This document shows positions 47,588 to 57,272 of a stretch of DNA of 64,000 nt, piece after piece (position 1 is the stretch's first letter; each line of letters opens with the position of its first letter). This stretch comes from Burkholderiales bacterium (GTDB lineage: Bacteria > Pseudomonadota > Gammaproteobacteria > Burkholderiales > JACQAP01), in the NCBI GenBank assembly GCA_045810225.1, contig JBJMWI010000087.1, forward strand, positions 7,283 to 71,282. The letters are read 5' to 3'. The notes under the pieces were generated by a model that ran no database searches, was not told where the DNA came from, and saw only the letters and a list, made by a program, of their open reading frames with translations. Position numbers and translations under genes: made by a program.

Positions 47588-47604
47588 TGCAACCACGTTG
47601 AAAC

Positions 47605-47793
47605 TTACTGCTTCGCCGGAGCCGGCTTTGCAGCATCCGCTGCTGGGGCGGCGGTGTCCTTTTTTGCCTTTTTATTGTGTTTTTTCGACTTGGCGGGCTT
47701 TGCGTCAGCCGGCTTGGCTTCGTCAGCAGCAACCGCCGAGAGCGTTACAGCGGCAAACAGAGCAGCGATCAGCGCCGCGATAATTTTTTTCAT
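47605..47793 (-). CDS. small secreted Ala/Lys/Pro-rich protein
   Basis: The internal ATG at 47793 has GGAGA 7 nt upstream. Signal peptide 'MKKIIAALIAALFAAVTLSAVAA'. The mature part is 39 aa of low complexity ('KPADAKPAKSKKHNKKAKKDTAAPAADAAKPAPAKQ'). Confidence 0.6.
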   Translation of the reverse strand: MKKIIAALIAALFAAVTLSAVAADEAKPADAKPAKSKKHNKKAKKDTAAPAADAAKPAPAKQ

Positions 47794-47887
47794 GCGTTTC
47801 TCCGTTAGTGGGTTCTTCAGGGTGACACAAATCGGTGTCATCGCCTTAACGTCCCGCTGGCGACCCGGTTGACATATTTAGTTACAA

Positions 47888-48478
47888 CTAGCCGCCAGCA
47901 ACCAAGCTGAAGGCAGGCAGTACTCTGTAGCTCCCCAACGCAAGACCGCTTAAGGTCCACGGACCAATCCGGTAGCGGATCAAACGCAGGGTGGGCAAAC
48001 CCACCGCAGCAGTCATTTTTCGAATTTGCCGGTTCTTTCCTTCAGTGAGCGTTATATCTAGCCAGCATGTGGGGATGTTCCGGCGCGTTCGAATCGGGGG
48101 GCTGCGCGTCCACAATTCAGCGGGCTCCGCGATCTCGCGCACCGCCGCGGGAGCGGAGACGAATTCTTTGAGCTTCACGCCGTTACGCAGCCTCGCGAGC
48201 GCCGTCTCATTCGGGGAGTTTTCCACTTGCGCCCAGTAGCCCTTCGGCCATTTTCTGTCAGGATGGCTCACCTCGTTCTGCAGGGCGCCATCGTTGGTCA
48301 AAAGCAGCAGGCCTTCGCTGTCGGTATCAAGCCTGCCAACAGGGTAGATATCCCGGTGTGGCACGAAATCCTTTAGCGTGCGTTTCTCGCCGGCAGGGCT
48401 GAACTGGCAAATTACGCCATACGGCTTGTTGAACAGGACGACTTTGACATCACCTGGTACTAGGACAGAACGAATCAA
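47888..48478 (-). CDS. rluE: 23S rRNA pseudouridine(2457) synthase RluE-like
   Basis: 'VVLFNKPYGVICQF', catalytic 'GRLDTDSEGLLLLTNDG' and 'GKNRQIRKMTAAVG...LRLIR'. The TTG start overlaps the aceB stop, so the start is uncertain. Confidence 0.85.
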   Translation of the reverse strand: MIRSVLVPGDVKVVLFNKPYGVICQFSPAGEKRTLKDFVPHRDIYPVGRLDTDSEGLLLLTNDGALQNEVSHPDRKWPKGYWAQVENSPNETALARLRNGVKLKEFVSAPAAVREIAEPAELWTRSPPIRTRRNIPTCWLDITLTEGKNRQIRKMTAAVGLPTLRLIRYRIGPWTLSGLALGSYRVLPAFSLVAGG

Positions 48479-50088
48479 CGGTGTTCTTGGGCGGTAATGT
48501 ATTCATAGGCCGGCAGGGTCAGGAATTCAACAAATTCGTCCGCCAGCGTGAGCTGCTCAAACATTCTGGCTCCCTCTTCATACTTGCCGGCTGCGTAACC
48601 TTTTCCGAGCATCTCGCGTACTTTCGATAATTCTTGTGGCACGAGCTCCTGGAACAATTCTTTGCTGACTTTACGGCCGTCGTCCATGAGGCCGTGAGGG
48701 CTGCGAATCCAGTGCCAGATCTGAGCGCGAGAAATTTCGGCAGTGGCGGCATCTTCCATGAGATTGAATATCGGCACGCAACCGGTACCGGCAAGCCATG
48801 CGCCTAGATATTGGATGCCAATGTTAATGTTGATGCGAAGCCCGCGCTCTGTGATTGGGCTCCGCGGCTGGAAATCAAGCATATCGTTGGCGGTCACAGT
48901 TACGTCATCCCGCTTCTTATCAATCTGATTGGGTCCTTTCATTGCCTTGTTGAAGGCCTCCATGGCGATTGAAACCAGGCCGGGATGCGCGACCCAAGTC
49001 CCGTCATGGCCGTCATTCGCTTCACGTTCCTTGTCTGCACGTACCTTGGCCAATGCGGCATCGTTGGCGGCAGAATCATTCTTGATAGGAATCTGCGCTG
49101 CCATGCCGCCCATGGCAAACGTGCCGCGCTTGTGGCAGGTCTTGATCAGTAGCAGCGAATAGGCGCGCATGAATGGACTAGTCATCGTCACAAAAGCCCG
49201 ATCTGCCAGGATGAAATCTTTCTGGTTGCGGAATTTCTTGATGCAACTAAAAATATAATCCCAGCGGCCGCAATTGAGGCCTGCGGAATGCTCACGCAGC
49301 TCGAAAAGAATTTCTTCCATCTCAAAGGCGGCGAGGATAGTCTCGATCAAAACCGTTGCCTTGACCGTCCCTTGCGGTATACCCAGTTCGCGTTGTGCGA
49401 ATACGAACGCGTCATTCCATAAGCGCGCCTCGAGATGAGACTCCATCTTCGGAAGGTAGAGGTAGATGCCGGATTTGCTCTTTACTCGGCCTAATGCGTT
49501 ATGGAAAAAGTACAGGCCAAAATCGAACAACGAGCCGGACATGGGCTGCCCATCTATCAAAATATGCTTTTCGACGAGATGCCACCCGCGGGGTCTTACC
49601 AGGAGAGTCGCATGCTTTTCTGAAAGGCTGTAGTGCTTGCCTTCCGGGCTGGTGAACGAAATGTTGCCGGATAGTGCGTCGCGCATGTTGATCTGCCCTT
49701 GCAGCTGGTTGTCCCAGGTAGGCGTTGACGAATCCTCGAAATCCGCCATGAACATGCTTGCTCCGGAATTCAGCGCGTTGATCACCATCTTGCGGTCCGT
49801 TGGACCGGTGATTTCAACACGCCGGTCTTGCAAATCCGCAGGGACGGGTGCTACTTGCCACGCCGCATCGCGCATGGGTTTTGTCTCGACCAGGAAATCT
49901 GGCAACTTTCCCGAATCGATTTGTTTTTGCCGCTGCACCCGGCGAGCAAGCAACTCGAGCCGTCGCGCTTCAAAGTTACGGTGCAGTTTCACCAAAAACT
50001 CGAGCGCTTCGCCGGTGAGGATACTTGCATAGTCTTGCTTGATTGGCCCGTGCACTTGCATGCCGGTTGGGATGCTTGACTGGTCCAC
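48475..50088 (-). CDS. aceB: malate synthase A
   Basis: 537 aa, with 'MADFEDSSTPTW' and 'GLNCGRWDYIFS'. The size fits the A-type enzyme. Confidence 0.9.
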   Translation of the reverse strand: MDQSSIPTGMQVHGPIKQDYASILTGEALEFLVKLHRNFEARRLELLARRVQRQKQIDSGKLPDFLVETKPMRDAAWQVAPVPADLQDRRVEITGPTDRKMVINALNSGASMFMADFEDSSTPTWDNQLQGQINMRDALSGNISFTSPEGKHYSLSEKHATLLVRPRGWHLVEKHILIDGQPMSGSLFDFGLYFFHNALGRVKSKSGIYLYLPKMESHLEARLWNDAFVFAQRELGIPQGTVKATVLIETILAAFEMEEILFELREHSAGLNCGRWDYIFSCIKKFRNQKDFILADRAFVTMTSPFMRAYSLLLIKTCHKRGTFAMGGMAAQIPIKNDSAANDAALAKVRADKEREANDGHDGTWVAHPGLVSIAMEAFNKAMKGPNQIDKKRDDVTVTANDMLDFQPRSPITERGLRININIGIQYLGAWLAGTGCVPIFNLMEDAATAEISRAQIWHWIRSPHGLMDDGRKVSKELFQELVPQELSKVREMLGKGYAAGKYEEGARMFEQLTLADEFVEFLTLPAYEYITAQEHR

Positions 50089-50144
50089 CTTGGCCCTCTA
50101 TTTCATAATGTGAAAAAGAATTTCGCAAAATGATAAATAGGAAA

Positions 50145-50179
50145 CGCCGCGTGAACAAGCACTGCCTGCAAACGCGGCG
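50145..50179 (-). terminator. hairpin / possible attenuating terminator between aceA and aceB
   Basis: On the minus strand: CGCCGCGT-N19-ACGCGGCG followed by the T-rich TTTCCTATTTATCATTTT. The loop is long, so the call is weak. Confidence 0.3.
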
Positions 50180-50197
50180 ACCAAGCTTAAACCTAAG

Positions 50198-51475
50198 TCA
50201 GACGAACTGTTCTTCTTCGGTGGAGCCTTTGAGGGCCGTTACCGATGATCTGCCACCTTGTACCGCCTGGGTGATTTCGTCGAAATAACCGGTTCCAACT
50301 TCCCGCTGGTGCTTGGTTGCTGTGTAACCGTGGGCCTCAGCTGAGAATTCGGCTTGCTGAAGTTTTACGTACGCCGTCATTTGCTCATTCGCGTAACCGC
50401 GCGCGAGGTCAAACATGCTGTAGTTAAGCGCGTGAAATCCCGCAAGCGTGATGAACTGGAACTTGTAGCCCATTGCACCCAGTTCTCGTTGAAATTTGGC
50501 AATGGTTCCGTCATCAAGATTCTTCTTCCAATTGAACGACGGTGAACAATTGTAGGCAAGCATTTTGCCGGGATATTTTTTGTGTATGCCTTCGGCAAAT
50601 TGCCTGGCAAACGCAAGATCCGGCTTGCCTGTTTCGCACCAGATAAGGTCAGCGAAGGGCGCGTACGCCAGTCCACGTGAAACTGCTTGCTGAATGCCAT
50701 TTATCACGCGGTAGTAGCCTTCAGCGGTACGCTCTCCCGTGCAAAAAGGTTTGTCGTTATCGTCGAAATCGGATGTAATGAGATTGGCGGCCTCTGCGTC
50801 CGTACGCGCGAATAATACGGTAGGCACACCCATGATGTCGGAGGCCAACCGAGCCGCGGACAATTTCTGGACCGCCTCCTGGGTCGGAACCAGCACTTTT
50901 CCACCCATGTGCCCGCACTTTTTGGCAGAGGCAAGTTGATCTTCAAAGTGGACGCCCGCCGCGCCTGCTTCGATCATCGACTTCATGAGTTCAAACGCAT
51001 TGAGTACTCCACCGAATCCCGCTTCAGCATCTGCAATGATTGGTGCCAGCCAGTCGGTTCCGTCTTTGCCCTCGGCATGGTGGATTTGGTCTGCTCGAAG
51101 CAAAGTGTTGTTGATGCGGCGTACAACGCTTGGGACGCTATCCGCGGGATAGAGTGACTGGTCTGGATACATCTCACCTGCATTGTTGGCATCGGCCGCT
51201 ACTTGCCAACCGGACAAGTAAATGGCTTTTAGTCCCGCCTTAACCTGCTGCATGGCCTGGTTTCCGGTTAGCGCACCCAACGAATTCACAAATGGCTCTT
51301 GATGCAGAAGGGTCCAAAGCTTTCCGGCTCCTCGCTGCGCCAGGGAATATTCGATTTTCACGGTACCCCGAAGCCGGTAGACGTCATCGGGAGAATAAGG
51401 CCGGTTGATGCCTTGCCAACGCGGGTTGGTTTTCCAATCTTTTCTGATTTCTGCGATTGCCTGATCGCGATTCAT
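50198..51475 (-). CDS. aceA: isocitrate lyase
   Basis: It carries the signature 'KKCGHMGGK', plus '[10 protein letters not shown]'. The protein is 425 aa. Confidence 0.93.
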   Translation of the reverse strand: MNRDQAIAEIRKDWKTNPRWQGINRPYSPDDVYRLRGTVKIEYSLAQRGAGKLWTLLHQEPFVNSLGALTGNQAMQQVKAGLKAIYLSGWQVAADANNAGEMYPDQSLYPADSVPSVVRRINNTLLRADQIHHAEGKDGTDWLAPIIADAEAGFGGVLNAFELMKSMIEAGAAGVHFEDQLASAKKCGHMGGKVLVPTQEAVQKLSAARLASDIMGVPTVLFARTDAEAANLITSDFDDNDKPFCTGERTAEGYYRVINGIQQAVSRGLAYAPFADLIWCETGKPDLAFARQFAEGIHKKYPGKMLAYNCSPSFNWKKNLDDGTIAKFQRELGAMGYKFQFITLAGFHALNYSMFDLARGYANEQMTAYVKLQQAEFSAEAHGYTATKHQREVGTGYFDEITQAVQGGRSSVTALKGSTEEEQFV

Positions 51476-51696
51476 GGCGGTCTCCTGTTCGTTAGTTCAA
51501 AGCCCCTAGTGCGGGACACAAAATAGTCAGACGTTAAAACCTACTCCCGCGCTCTGGCGCGGACGGGTTCCACATGAAGCGCCAGACATCTGGCCCGGCT
51601 GACTCACAGAGATGCCGCGTTTGGCGGTATCTCGAATTTGCTCGGTGCACTCCGGTTTGGACTAAATGCAACGGTGGTGCACAAAAGGTACAGTAC

Positions 51697-51796
51697 AATT
51701 TTCGCGCATTGCAACAAATGCAACTGCTAACACAATACAATGTATTATCAGTTACTTATATATTCCATAAAAACATTATTTTGCAATGCGAAAATT
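51697..51796. promoter_or_regulatory. inverted repeat pair flanking an AT-rich core in the aceA/icd divergent region
   Basis: AATTTTCGCGCATTGCAA (51697-51714) pairs with TTGCAATGCGAAAATT (51781-51796). The arms are reverse complements apart from a 2-nt CG gap, and 66 bp of AT-rich DNA separates them. Confidence 0.3.
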
Positions 51797-51939
51797 GGTT
51801 TTAAAAAAACGGTCCCTCTGCAGCACCGTCGGTTGCCTTTGTGCCCGGTCCCGGCGTTGCCTTACAATTGCCGTTTTTTTGCGTGGCCGTCCGTCCAGAC
51901 AGTTCTAATTCAGCAATATCGACAAATCGAGGCCGACTC

Positions 51940-53181
51940 ATGTATCAGCACATCAAAGTGCCGTCCACTGGCGAAAAAATCACTGTAAAAAAGGATTTTT
52001 CGTTGAGTGTCCCATCCAATCCGATCATTCCTTACATCGAGGGTGACGGAACCGGTATGGATATCACGCCTGTGATGCGCAACGTGGTTGATGCCGCGGT
52101 CCGTACAGCCTATGACGCAAAGCGCAAGATTGTGTGGATGGAGATGTTTGCGGGAGAGAAATCCTGCAAGGTCTACGGCGAAAACGTCTGGCTACCAGAG
52201 GAAACCCTGTCCGCCAGCAAGGAATTCGTTGTCTCCATCAAAGGCCCTCTGACCACCCCGGTCGGAGGAGGAATTCGTTCAATTAACGTTGCCTTGCGCC
52301 AAGAACTGGATCTTTATGTCTGTTTGCGCCCGGTGCGCTATTTCAAGGGCGTGCCGAGTCCAGTCAAACAGCCTGAAAAAACCGACATGATTATTTTTCG
52401 CGAAAACTCCGAAGACATCTATGCCGGCATTGAATGGGCGGCCGAGTCGGAAAACGCGCGTAAGCTGATCGATTTTCTGATCAAGCAGATGGCGGTGAAA
52501 AAAATAAGATTTCCGCAAAGCTCAGGCATCGGGATCAAGCCGGTTTCGCGAGAAGGTACCGAACGCCTCGTGCGCAAGGCCATTCAGTACGCCATTGAAA
52601 ACCAGCGGCGTTCGGTGACTTTGGTGCATAAGGGCAACATCATGAAATTCACAGAAGGAGCCTTTCGCGATTGGGGCTACGCCTTGGCGAAGCGCGAGTT
52701 CGGAGCGCAGTTGATTGACGGCGGACCATGGATGAAACTACCGGGCGGGGTGGTCATCAAAGATGTGATCGCGGATGCCTTCCTGCAACAGATTCTGTTG
52801 CGCCCAGAAGAATATGACGTAATTGCGACTTTGAATCTCAACGGTGACTATATTTCGGATGCCTTGGCGGCCCAGGTAGGCGGCATCGGCATTGCTCCAG
52901 GGGCGAATCTGAGCGACTCAGTCGCGATGTTCGAGGCAACTCATGGCACTGCGCCAAAATACGCAGGAAAGGACTATGTCAATCCCGGTTCCTTGATTCT
53001 TTCGGCGGAGATGATGTTGCGCCACATGGGGTGGATTGAGGCGGCGGATCTCATTGTGAAATCAATGGAGGCCGCAATTACCGATAAAATGGTGACTTAT
53101 GATTTCGCCAGGCTAATGACTGGCGCAACGCAAGTTTCCTGTTCCGGTTTCGGCAACGCCATGGTGGAACGCATGCGTTGA
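51940..53181 (+). CDS. icd: NADP-dependent isocitrate dehydrogenase (homodimeric, E. coli type)
   Basis: Starts at the internal ATG 51940. '[35 protein letters not shown]' is nearly identical to the E. coli Icd region that contains the regulatory Ser. Confidence 0.92.
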   Translation: MYQHIKVPSTGEKITVKKDFSLSVPSNPIIPYIEGDGTGMDITPVMRNVVDAAVRTAYDAKRKIVWMEMFAGEKSCKVYGENVWLPEETLSASKEFVVSIKGPLTTPVGGGIRSINVALRQELDLYVCLRPVRYFKGVPSPVKQPEKTDMIIFRENSEDIYAGIEWAAESENARKLIDFLIKQMAVKKIRFPQSSGIGIKPVSREGTERLVRKAIQYAIENQRRSVTLVHKGNIMKFTEGAFRDWGYALAKREFGAQLIDGGPWMKLPGGVVIKDVIADAFLQQILLRPEEYDVIATLNLNGDYISDALAAQVGGIGIAPGANLSDSVAMFEATHGTAPKYAGKDYVNPGSLILSAEMMLRHMGWIEAADLIVKSMEAAITDKMVTYDFARLMTGATQVSCSGFGNAMVERMR

Positions 53182-53195
53182 TAGCGCTGGGGGTA

Positions 53196-53221
53196 AAAGC
53201 CCACGAAGAGCCGCGGGCTTT
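53196..53221. terminator. weak shared hairpin between convergent icd and cspA-like genes
   Basis: AAAGCCC-N12-GGGCTTT sits between the two stop codons. It has no long T-run. Confidence 0.3.
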
Positions 53222-53239
53222 GAATGTTTGGGCGCCGCG

Positions 53240-53443
53240 TCAGGCGGCCTGGATGTTTGAAGCCTGTTTGCCCTTAGGCCCTTGAGTGACCTCAAAACTT
53301 ACCTTCTGGCCTTCTTTCAGCGTCTTGAACCCGTTCATCTGAATCGCCGAAAAATGGGCAAACAGATCTTCGCTTCCATCATCAGGCGTGATGAACCCGT
53401 AACCCTTGGCGTCGTTGAACCACTTGACCGTACCGATTGCCAT
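53240..53443 (-). CDS. cspA: cold-shock protein, CspA family
   Basis: Starts at the internal Met 53443: '[34 protein letters not shown]' (RNP1 'KGYGFI', RNP2 'LFAHF'). 67 aa. Confidence 0.9.
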   Translation of the reverse strand: MAIGTVKWFNDAKGYGFITPDDGSEDLFAHFSAIQMNGFKTLKEGQKVSFEVTQGPKGKQASNIQAA

Positions 53444-53733
53444 ACATACTTCCCTCATTGAAGAACGCGGGCCAGAAACCCGCTGACCGTTTGAGTTTCA
53501 AGTCCGCGCGTTATCGGCAAGACCGGTACCTGCAGTATGCTTGAAGCCAAACACCAGTTCGCTTTGTAGGTTATTTGTTTTGTGAAGTCAAGTATGCCGA
53601 ACATGCGCAAGCGGTTGTTGCAATGTAGATTTAGCCGATCGGCTGATCGCCTCAGGCATGAAATCTGCACTTGTGTTTTTCACCGTTATCCGCAAAATTA
53701 GAGTTAGTGAAAGCAGCGAAGCGAGACGAAGGC

Positions 53734-54042
53734 ATGGCAACGGGAAATCGTGACAGCACGCTCCTAGAGGCCGAGAAAAGCAAGGTCAAGGCGCCGCCAT
53801 TGTTCAAGGTTATGCTGCTGAACGATGACTACACCCCGATGGATTTTGTCGTCGCAGTGTTACAGACTTTTTTTTCCATGACCAGGGAGCAAGCGACCCA
53901 AATCATGCTCAAAGTTCACAGGGAAGGCATGGGCGTCTGCGGCGTGTATCCTAGAGATGTTGCGGCGACCAAGGTAGAGCAGGTGATTGCATTTTCGAAA
54001 CAGCATCAACATCCGCTTCAATGCGTGATGGAGGAAACATGA
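53734..54042 (+). CDS. clpS: ATP-dependent Clp protease adaptor ClpS
   Basis: Starts at the internal ATG 53734. '[27 protein letters not shown]' is the ClpS core. Confidence 0.9.
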   Translation: MATGNRDSTLLEAEKSKVKAPPLFKVMLLNDDYTPMDFVVAVLQTFFSMTREQATQIMLKVHREGMGVCGVYPRDVAATKVEQVIAFSKQHQHPLQCVMEET

Positions 54043-56333
54043 TTGCGCAGGAACTAGAAGTAAGTCTGCACATGGCCTTCATGGAGGCTAGGCAGAAACG
54101 TCACGAGTTCATCACGGTGGAGCACTTGCTACTTGCCATGCTGGACAATCCGTCGGCGGCCGAGGTGTTACGCGCGTGTGCGGCCAATGTGGAAGAACTA
54201 CGCAAGCTGCTCACGGACTTTATTAATGAGCACACGCCGGTGGTCAGCGGAGAGGATGTCGATACGCAGCCGACGCTAGGCTTTCAGCGCGTGATTCAGC
54301 GCGCGATCCTGCATGTTCAGTCGTCTGGCAAGAAAGAAGTTACGGGCGCAAACGTGCTGGTCGCCATCTTTGGCGAGAAAGACTCCCACGCGGTGTACTT
54401 TTTGCACCAGAAAGGCGTGACGCGGTTGGACGTAGTGAATTTCATATCCCATGGCATCACGAAAGTCCCGCAAACCGCACCGGCCAAGCCGCAGGCGGAA
54501 AGCGAGTCTGATTCAGAACAGGAGCAAAGCTCGGGCGGAGCGCTGGAAACCTATACGCTGAACCTCAATGCGCTTGCCATCTCGGGCAAGATTGATCCGC
54601 TGATTGGGCGTGAGCGCGAATTGGAGCGCGTGATCCAGACCTTGTGCCGCCGGCGCAAAAATAACCCGTTACTGGTTGGAGAGGCCGGGGTCGGCAAAAC
54701 GGCGATCGCCGAGGGATTGGCGCGCCGGATAATCGAAGGCGAAGTGCCCGAAATCCTGGGCCGCTGTCAGGTGTACGCCCTGGACATGGGCTCGCTGTTG
54801 GCAGGAACCAAGTATCGCGGAGATTTCGAGCAACGGCTGAAGGCCGTTCTGAAGCAGCTCACCGATAATCCGAACGCCATACTGTTCATTGATGAAATCC
54901 ATACGCTGATCGGCGCGGGCGCAGCGTCCGGGGGCACGCTGGACGCGTCCAACCTGCTCAAACCAGCGCTTTCATCAGGCAGTCTCAAGTGCATCGGTGC
55001 GACTACTTACACCGAGTACCGCGGGATATTTGAGAAAGATCATGCCCTGTCGCGCCGTTTCCAGAAAATAGACGTGACTGAGCCGTCGGTGGCAGAGACG
55101 GTTGAAATTTTGCGCGGCCTGAAAACCCGGTTTGAAGCGCATCACGGCGTCAAATACACCGCCTCGGCTCTTAGCTCAGCGGCGGAACTATCCGCCCGCT
55201 TCATCAATGACCGCCATCTTCCGGACAAAGCCATCGACGTAATCGACGAGGCGGGTGCGGCTCAGCGGATTTTGCCCAAATCGAAACAGAAGCGAATCAT
55301 CAGCAAGCACGAGATCGAAGAGATTATCGCGAAGATTGCGCGCGTGCCGGCACAAAGCGTATCGTCCACCGATCGTAGCAAACTGCAGAATCTGGATCGT
55401 GACCTGAAGGCCGTCGTATTCGGTCAGGATCTGGCTATTGACGCGCTGGCCGCATCCATCAAGATGTCCCGCAGCGGCCTGGGCAATCCGCAGAAACCGA
55501 TCGGTTGTTTCCTCTTCAGCGGTCCAACCGGGGTTGGGAAAACTGAAGTCGCGCGCCAATTGGCCTATACCATGGGCGTAGAACTGATTCGGTTCGACAT
55601 GTCCGAATACATGGAGCGCCATGCGGTGTCCCGACTGATTGGAGCACCTCCGGGCTATGTGGGCTTCGACCAAGGCGGGCTGCTAACCGAGCAAATTTCC
55701 AAGCATCCGTACTGCGTGGTACTGCTCGATGAAATAGAGAAGGCGCACCCGGATATATTCAATATTCTTTTGCAGGTCATGGATCACGGAACGCTGACTG
55801 ACAACAACGGGCGCAAGGCGGATTTTCGTAATACGGTAATCGTCATGACGACGAATGCGGGTGCCGCTGAATTGTCGAAAACGACCATGGGTTTCACCCA
55901 GCAGCGGGTCGCTGGAGACGAAATGGTCGAGATCAAGCGCATGTTTACGCCGGAATTCCGGAATCGTCTCGATGCCATCATCTCCTTTGCGTCGTTGTCA
56001 CACGAAATCATTGTCCGCGTTGTCGACAAATTCCTGATGCAGCTCGAAGAACAGTTGCACGAGAAAAAAGTCGAGGTCGATTTCACCGCCGCACTGAAAA
56101 CTTATCTCGCAAAAAATGGATTCGATCCGCTAATGGGTGCGCGGCCGATGGCGCGCCTGATCCAGGACACCATACGCACTGCTTTGGCCGACGAGTTGTT
56201 GTTCGGTAAACTTGCAGGCGGCGGCAGCGTTACGGTGGACATTGATAACCAGGGCAAGACCAAGCTGGTGTTTCATCCTTCCAAGCGCGAGACCAAGGAT
56301 CGGGACAAAAACAAAGAGGAAAGCGTCGCCTGA
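54039..56333 (+). CDS. clpA: ATP-dependent Clp protease ATP-binding subunit ClpA
   Basis: The ATG at 54039 overlaps the clpS stop (ATGA). It has two Walker A motifs, 'GEAGVGKT' and 'GPTGVGKT', and an N-terminal Clp_N repeat. Confidence 0.93.
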   Translation: MIAQELEVSLHMAFMEARQKRHEFITVEHLLLAMLDNPSAAEVLRACAANVEELRKLLTDFINEHTPVVSGEDVDTQPTLGFQRVIQRAILHVQSSGKKEVTGANVLVAIFGEKDSHAVYFLHQKGVTRLDVVNFISHGITKVPQTAPAKPQAESESDSEQEQSSGGALETYTLNLNALAISGKIDPLIGRERELERVIQTLCRRRKNNPLLVGEAGVGKTAIAEGLARRIIEGEVPEILGRCQVYALDMGSLLAGTKYRGDFEQRLKAVLKQLTDNPNAILFIDEIHTLIGAGAASGGTLDASNLLKPALSSGSLKCIGATTYTEYRGIFEKDHALSRRFQKIDVTEPSVAETVEILRGLKTRFEAHHGVKYTASALSSAAELSARFINDRHLPDKAIDVIDEAGAAQRILPKSKQKRIISKHEIEEIIAKIARVPAQSVSSTDRSKLQNLDRDLKAVVFGQDLAIDALAASIKMSRSGLGNPQKPIGCFLFSGPTGVGKTEVARQLAYTMGVELIRFDMSEYMERHAVSRLIGAPPGYVGFDQGGLLTEQISKHPYCVVLLDEIEKAHPDIFNILLQVMDHGTLTDNNGRKADFRNTVIVMTTNAGAAELSKTTMGFTQQRVAGDEMVEIKRMFTPEFRNRLDAIISFASLSHEIIVRVVDKFLMQLEEQLHEKKVEVDFTAALKTYLAKNGFDPLMGARPMARLIQDTIRTALADELLFGKLAGGGSVTVDIDNQGKTKLVFHPSKRETKDRDKNKEESVA

Positions 56334-56344
56334 GAGGGGCGATT

Positions 56345-56376
56345 AAAAAACCGGACTTCGGGTCCGGTTTTTTTTG
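56345..56376. terminator. bidirectional rho-independent terminator (clpA / sulfurtransferase)
   Basis: AAAAAA-CCGGAC-TTCGG-GTCCGG-TTTTTTTT. Confidence 0.8.
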
Positions 56377-56387
56377 CGGGTTCTGTC

Positions 56388-57224
56388 TCAGATTGCGCGC
56401 GGTCGCGAAGGGTCAGCTATCCATTCACTCCAGGACCCGGGATACAGACGCCCACCCGGCAATCCCGCAATTTCCATCGCCAACAAATTATGGCAGGCCG
56501 TTACGCCTGATCCGCATTGGCTGACGATTGCTTCAGGCGAGGCTTTCCCAAGCAACGGCGCGAAATCGGCCCGTAATTGGGTTGGCGACTTGAAAAACCC
56601 ACGCGGCGTCAGGTTGTCCTTGAAGAAACGATTTACCGCTCCCGGAATGTGACCACCAACCGGATCGATGGTCTCGTTTTGTCCGTGATATCGGTCATTT
56701 GCGCGCGCGTCCAGCAGAACCATGTCCGGCGCATGCAGACGTTTCAGCACGTAATCCGCATCCACAAAACAATGTTGAACCGCAATGCTGAATCGCTCTT
56801 GCGCTGGCACAGGGGCTTCGGCGGTGACCGGTAATTTTGCCTCCAGCCATGCCTGCCAGCCGCCATCCAAAACGGCCACTGCCCGATGTCCCAGCCAGCG
56901 CAGCATCCACCATAGCCTGGACGCGTATACGCCTCCCGCGTTGTCGTACGCAACGACTTGCTTGTCGTTCGAGACTCCCATACGACCCAGCCAAGCGCCA
57001 AACACTTCCGGATCAGGCAACGGATGCCGTCCGTTTGTGCCGGTTAGACGCGCAGCAAGATCGCGATCCACGTGGGCGAAACGGGCGTTCGGGATATGCG
57101 ACTGGGCGTAAGCGTCAGAGCCGAAAGCGGGGTTGGTCAATTCATGCCGGCAATCGAAAATCACAAACGCGGCGTCGTTGATATGCCGAGCCAGCTCAGC
57201 AACGGAAATCAGCGTTGTATGCAT
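56388..57224 (-). CDS. sseA: 3-mercaptopyruvate/thiosulfate sulfurtransferase (tandem rhodanese, SseA-like)
   Basis: It has two rhodanese domains and the active-site loop 'CGSGVTAC'. Confidence 0.8.
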   Translation of the reverse strand: MHTTLISVAELARHINDAAFVIFDCRHELTNPAFGSDAYAQSHIPNARFAHVDRDLAARLTGTNGRHPLPDPEVFGAWLGRMGVSNDKQVVAYDNAGGVYASRLWWMLRWLGHRAVAVLDGGWQAWLEAKLPVTAEAPVPAQERFSIAVQHCFVDADYVLKRLHAPDMVLLDARANDRYHGQNETIDPVGGHIPGAVNRFFKDNLTPRGFFKSPTQLRADFAPLLGKASPEAIVSQCGSGVTACHNLLAMEIAGLPGGRLYPGSWSEWIADPSRPRAI

Positions 57225-57272
57225 GGTGTACGCCGTAGGTGCATGCTGGCCTGTACCAGCATGCAGGGATGA

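Noticed and set aside
47348-47872. 174-aa and 132-aa plus-strand ORFs spanning the marC leader and the small AKP-rich gene
   Set aside because: They are antisense to the AKP-rich gene, which has a good Shine-Dalgarno sequence and signal peptide. They run straight through two terminator hairpins, and their hydrophobic Ala/Phe runs simply mirror the Lys/Ala codons on the other strand.
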